From: Amoebophrya sp. A120
Taxonomy: Eukaryota; Protista; Dinoflagellata
Direction: 5' to 3'
Assembly (NCBI GenBank): GCA_905178155.1
Contig: CAJINV010000008.1
Coordinates: forward strand, 3,807,420-3,871,419
DNA: 64,000 bases
Shown: piece by piece, positions 59,328-64,000 of the stretch
How the letters are laid out: every line of letters begins with the position of its first letter
Position numbering within the stretch: the stretch's first letter is position 1
Notes under the pieces: generated by a model
The model's database searches: none
The model's input: only the letters and a program-made list of their open reading frames with translations
What the model was told of the DNA's origin: nothing
Program-made: the position numbers and the translations under genes

Positions 59328-62300
59328 ATGCCGGAGAACTCGGGTTCCGACCTGAGCAAGCCGAACAGTCCGGCGTTTGACGCAGCGCAGCCCCGGTCAC
59401 TCACACCCAACAAGAAAATCCCCGCACCTCCGCTGGCATCGTCAAAGACCACTGCCGGAGAAGTTCCACTGGACAACCATAACCAACGAGGTGGACCAGC
59501 AGGCAGTGGCACGCTATCGAAATCTTCATCCTCTTCGGGGAGCAAGATAGTGAATCAAGCGCTAAGCGGATCGGCGACGAGAAATAACCCGATGAACAAC
59601 GGCGCAGCAAATACAAGTGCACCAGCAGCAGGTAGTTGTTCATCGTCGGCCACTGCTGCTGGTGGGAGAAACAAGAACAAAAAGAAGATCAAGAACTTTC
59701 ACGTGCACGGAGGCTTAGGTTTGCTGGACAACTCTCAGTCGGACGATGAAGACAGAACAACGGCAACCAAGGGCGGGAAAGAACAAGGCACCTCGCAGAT
59801 GACCTCGTCCACTGGCGTTGGCGGTCAACATCAGCAGGGACCGCGGCACGGCGGCACTAGAGCTAGTGGCGCTTCGACCTCTTCGTCAAGTAGAACCACG
59901 ACTGCGGCTGGAAAAACTGCTGCAGGCAAAACAGGAGGACCCGCCGAACCGGGTATAATATTACCAGCAGGAGCTGCGCCAACGGCAGCACCTGCACCTG
60001 GGGCCGCATCTTCAAGCAAGATGAGCTACAAGGATCGGCTTCTTCAGAATCAAAAAGCCACGACCGGAGGCTCATCTGGAGCTGCACCTTCGAGCAAGAG
60101 CGGGCCGCCGTCTAACGCAGCAGGAGCTTCCTCATCGACGTCCTCCTCGAGTACTTCTAGACAAAAAACAGGGGAGCAGGCGGCCGCCTGGTCCTCTAGC
60201 ACCACTGCTGGAACTATTGCAGGAGCGGCGTCTTCGTCGAGAACTTCTTGTGAAGATTTAACTAGAAATAATGGTAAGTTTGGAACATCATCATCAAGCT
60301 TCGATCGCTTTGAAGATGCGGATCAATATGATGAACAAGAAGTGCAGAGCTCCCAGGACGTGGAATCTCTACTTGTGGCGGCCACGTCAACTCTGCGCAG
60401 CAGCGGACAGCGGCGGTCGACGCCTCCGCCCTCGTTGACCGCGGTGGCGGAGCACGAGCAACTAAAAGTCGAGGACGAATTTCCGACGCCTTCACCCGGG
60501 TCCTCGTTGAACCTGAAAAACGGGGGAGCGTCGTCGCGAAAAATTTCCTTGACCGTACTACAGTTGCTATCTTTATTGTCATTGTCTCCACAAGCACCAC
60601 CGGCTCCTAGCAGCGGTGCCGTTCCATTGTCCAGTGTGCCGTTTGATATTGTCAATCCGTTTTTAGTGGTCTTTCTCTTCTAGTAGGTGCTGATGAGAAG
60701 TGTGCGTGTCGTATGTAAGATCATTGTCAACATCAAATTTATGCACACAAAAATATAATTCCCAGATCGTCTGTGACGGTAATGAGAACCGCATCGTGTG
60801 CGACGGCGCCCTATCACCGGAGGACAAAGACCTTTTGGACCGCGCGCTGCGCATTGCTGCGCGAGAGGGCTTGGGGAACACGAGAAACACGAACGGGAGC
60901 TTCGGGAGCACGGACAGCAGCGCGGGCAATAGCTCGACGCATTCGTCAACACAGAAACCGCAATCCACCCCGAATTTGCAGGAAAACAGCAGTATATTGC
61001 AAGATATTCCACCATTGGAATCGCCGAACCCGGGTGCAGCGACTGCTGCGGCAACGAGTAGTAGGAATGAGGATCGTTCTTCGCAAATAACCGCGCAGTC
61101 AGTTCGTAGTGGACCAAGAGCCGAGGATCGATATCCTCGAAGTACAGGCGCAGTTGGGGGCGGAGGTTCGCCTCCTGGAGGCAACAAGGAAGCAGGAGGC
61201 AGCAAGCGTGGTAAGCTACGCATCAAAAACGTACCTATGACGTCCGTCGCCTCGGGTAGCTCTAGTGCTTTGCCAGAGCATGCCGCACAAGGGGAGGACG
61301 CTGCAACTTATCACGAACGTCCTGGATTCGCGGCAACTTCTTCCACCTCTTCTTCATCTTCTTCTAGAAACAATGCAAAGCGGCACGCAGACGGCACCAC
61401 AGACAGTGGGACCATGGTTTTGTCCGATTTCCAGACAAAGCGGCTGTTTCCCCTCGACCTGCCGAGCAAGATGGAGCCAATCGGAGCAGGCTGCGTAGAC
61501 CCTGCTGCTATTCGGTTCCCAAGCAGCACCACGAGCACCTCGATACCGCGCACGACCGCGTCCGCTTCGGACCTTCTCTCGCAGCACGAGCGTGCGTCTA
61601 GTAGCAGTGGGGGCGGGAGGAGTACGAGGGGATTGGGAGAGGACCACCTGGATGGAGGTGTACAGCCTATTCCACCAATGGAGAGCAGTAGAGAAATCAG
61701 CTCCACCTCGTCGTCAAGCGGAGGCCAGCACCAGCCGCAGCTGATAGACCTGCGGACCGGGCAGCAGTTAGTGATTTCTCAGCAAAATGAGACGCGGAGC
61801 CACAAGCAGACGGCCAGCACGTCAGCCACCAGCAGCAGCAGCGAGGATCAAGTGAAGCAGGTAGAGACAGGAGTAGGCGTCGTGCCAGGTGGCAGCGGAG
61901 GGGGAGCATCTTCTCCACCGCATACACATTCTCACTCGTCACATGTACAGAAAAGCAAGAAGCAGGGGATGAGCAACCACAACAACAAAGCTGCCAGTAG
62001 CGCGTCGAACCCGCAGCTGGTTGTAACTCAGTCGAGTAATCTCAGCCAATTTGGGCCCGGCATGCTGGGGAACCAAATTCACACGAACGCGTCGTCAAAA
62101 AAGTCCTCAAAAGGCACGTCCTCATCCGCGCACCAAAGCCCAAACAACGCCTTCGCGACCTCGTCCGGGGCGCCCGCGACAGGTCATAAGTTTTTTCAGG
62201 GCCAGAGTGGCGGACACGGACATCTTCAGCACCAGTCGCAGCATGGCAGCAGTAAAGGGATCAGCTCTGCGAACCATTCGAAAGCAACTGCCACGGCAAT

Positions 62301-64000
62301 GGGAACAGCGGCAGTAGCTGCTGGCTCTCCTCTCGCAGCAGCAGCACCGTCCTCCTCGTCGACACAGCCTTCGATGAAGTTTTCGTCGATCGCGGCAGCG
62401 ACAGCGCTGCAGAAAAGAATAGCGGGGTTGACTAGCAGCGCGTCCTCTTCACTTTCCGTTGATGCACTGGTGAAGCAGAAAATCAGTCCACTAGGTGCTT
62501 GTCAAAGTCAAAGTAGTGGAGCGAACCTCATGCAGCTCCACCTCGATGGTGCACCAAACGCGGATCAGCAGGATGGAAGCGCACCATCTAGTTCACTTTT
62601 ATTTCTCGACCACCAGCTGGGCTCAACGTCCGCGCCGGACATTTTGAACCGAAACTCGACTACAACTGTGATATCTGACACCACTGGCACAGACACCGTC
62701 TCTCCTGGCCTGAAACCGATAAACACGGAGGAGTCGCTCGACGCAGACACCACTTGGGGGGCGGAGCTCGGTGCGAGCTTGTCCGGGTCGATTAAAGATG
62801 CGTGCGGGAAGAAGCCCGAGAAGCTAGACAAAACAGAACTGGCCAACATTCTGGCGAAAGCCATGATTCCCGCAATACATAGAGTGTATCAATTCATTTT
62901 TTCAAGTCAGATGCTGTGAGTAGCAGTAGGTGAAATCAATAAGAACCTTAACGTAGCTTTTCCGCCGATGCATGATAATCTTATAGACCTACGAGATTAT
63001 GTAGTTGTTCTACTTCATCTCGTTCTCGTCCTGTGGATGACTTCTGCCACTAGTAGCCTGGTTAAGGTTGCGGCAGCTGTGACATGATAAGACTCTAGTA
63101 CGTGAAGACGAGAACAAGTAGATCATGACGTTGCAATGAAGAAGATGAAGAACCCGAAAATCTTCAAAATTTCAGGCAACGACAGAAGAAGGAGGAGCGG
63201 CGACGGCAGCGCGCGGCGATGTCGAGCACGACCTCGCTTGGGAGCAGTGTCACCTCGGCGTCGAACATCATCGCGGGCGCCACCCGAGCCTCGTCCGGCT
63301 CCTTGAAGAGCCGGAACTCCTCGGAGGTCCTGGTGTGCCAGTTCGACGAGCGCGGAAACGTCAGTGTCCTGGAACGCAACCAGCACGGCACGAGTAGTAT
63401 CCTGTGCAAAAGCATCGTACTCGTACTAATCGCAGTCATGCAAGACAAATTCTATTATGCAAGCTAAATCAGAATGACAAATTCCGTTTGTCATGCTGAG
63501 CTAATTTGTGTTGCAATACAACTACGAGTACGAAGATACTTTTGCAGTTCATAAGCAGACCCAAGGTTTTCTCCCTCGAAGACCTGAGCCGCAGAAGGGA
63601 CACGGAGGGAACGCTTGCGGATGTCAAGTCGGTATTGATACATATGAAAGATGATACTCGGGTGAACCGAATAGAAAAAAAACGCCAGCCAATTGCAATA
63701 GCAATGGCCGCGGTGGTGCACAAAAATTAGGAATTCTTGCAAGAAGAAGCAGAAACTTCTTTTCTTTTTGCAGCATGAGCATGACGAACAACATTTCTCT
63801 ATGTAGGTTCTTCGCGAATACCTAGACGGGCAGCGAAATAGCAGTAGCAAGCCGCTCCGCAAAGCCGCAGACCAGCAGAGCTCCTCGAGCCTTTTCCCTG
63901 TGGGTTCTTTTGACGAATTGATTCGCGCGGCCAGCAGCACCACGCCAATGACCGTCTCGGAAAGCTTTCATGCGCTGGGTTCAGAGGGAAATTTCTCACG
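59328..64000 (+). CDS. Large S/G/A-rich hypothetical protein, 3' partial
   Basis: Exons 59328-60554, 60766-62885, 63176-63397, 63559-63631, 63807 to window end, in frame through three GT-AG introns and one TIR element; no domain recognised. Confidence 0.65.
63398..63553. mobile_element. Introner-like TIR element, family A, inverted orientation
   Basis: Direct repeat AGTAG (63393-63397) / AGCAG (63554-63558); TATCCTGTGCAAAAGCATCGTACTCGTA ... TACGAGTACGAAGATACTTTTGCAGTTCATA; its reverse complement aligns end to end with 6541-6690. Confidence 0.9.

Overview
Eukaryotic, gene-dense window with about 16 protein-coding genes, all on the + strand. The architecture matches what is described for the parasitic syndinian dinoflagellate Amoebophrya (inference: unidirectional gene block, long low-complexity insertions, TAT-starting introner elements). 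Recognisable genes: a giant CDPK-type kinase, an RRM/RGG protein, a calmodulin/myosin-light-chain-like protein, a membrane GNAT-motif protein, an SMP-C2 (extended synaptotagmin-like) protein, a PDZ protein, MAD2, a long coiled-coil protein, a secreted EEP-fold enzyme and a small, probably mitochondrial basic protein. Main signal 1: thirteen TAT...ATA elements (125-312 bp, 5 families) with terminal inverted repeats and 5-bp direct repeats interrupt coding exons. Removing the element plus one direct repeat restores the frame in every case, none can be read as GT-AG, one family occurs in both orientations, and all families share an internal GCAT(G/T/C)ACA motif. A 14th, 918-bp TTA...TAA element sits on a CAG|G donor and creates tandem GT-AG introns. 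Main signal 2: two neighbouring predicted secreted proteins share a duplicated upstream block and a ~280-300 aa leader ending in GFLE but carry unrelated C-terminal payloads; the gene between them also has [SG]FLE motifs. All gene models were assembled by hand and lack transcript support.
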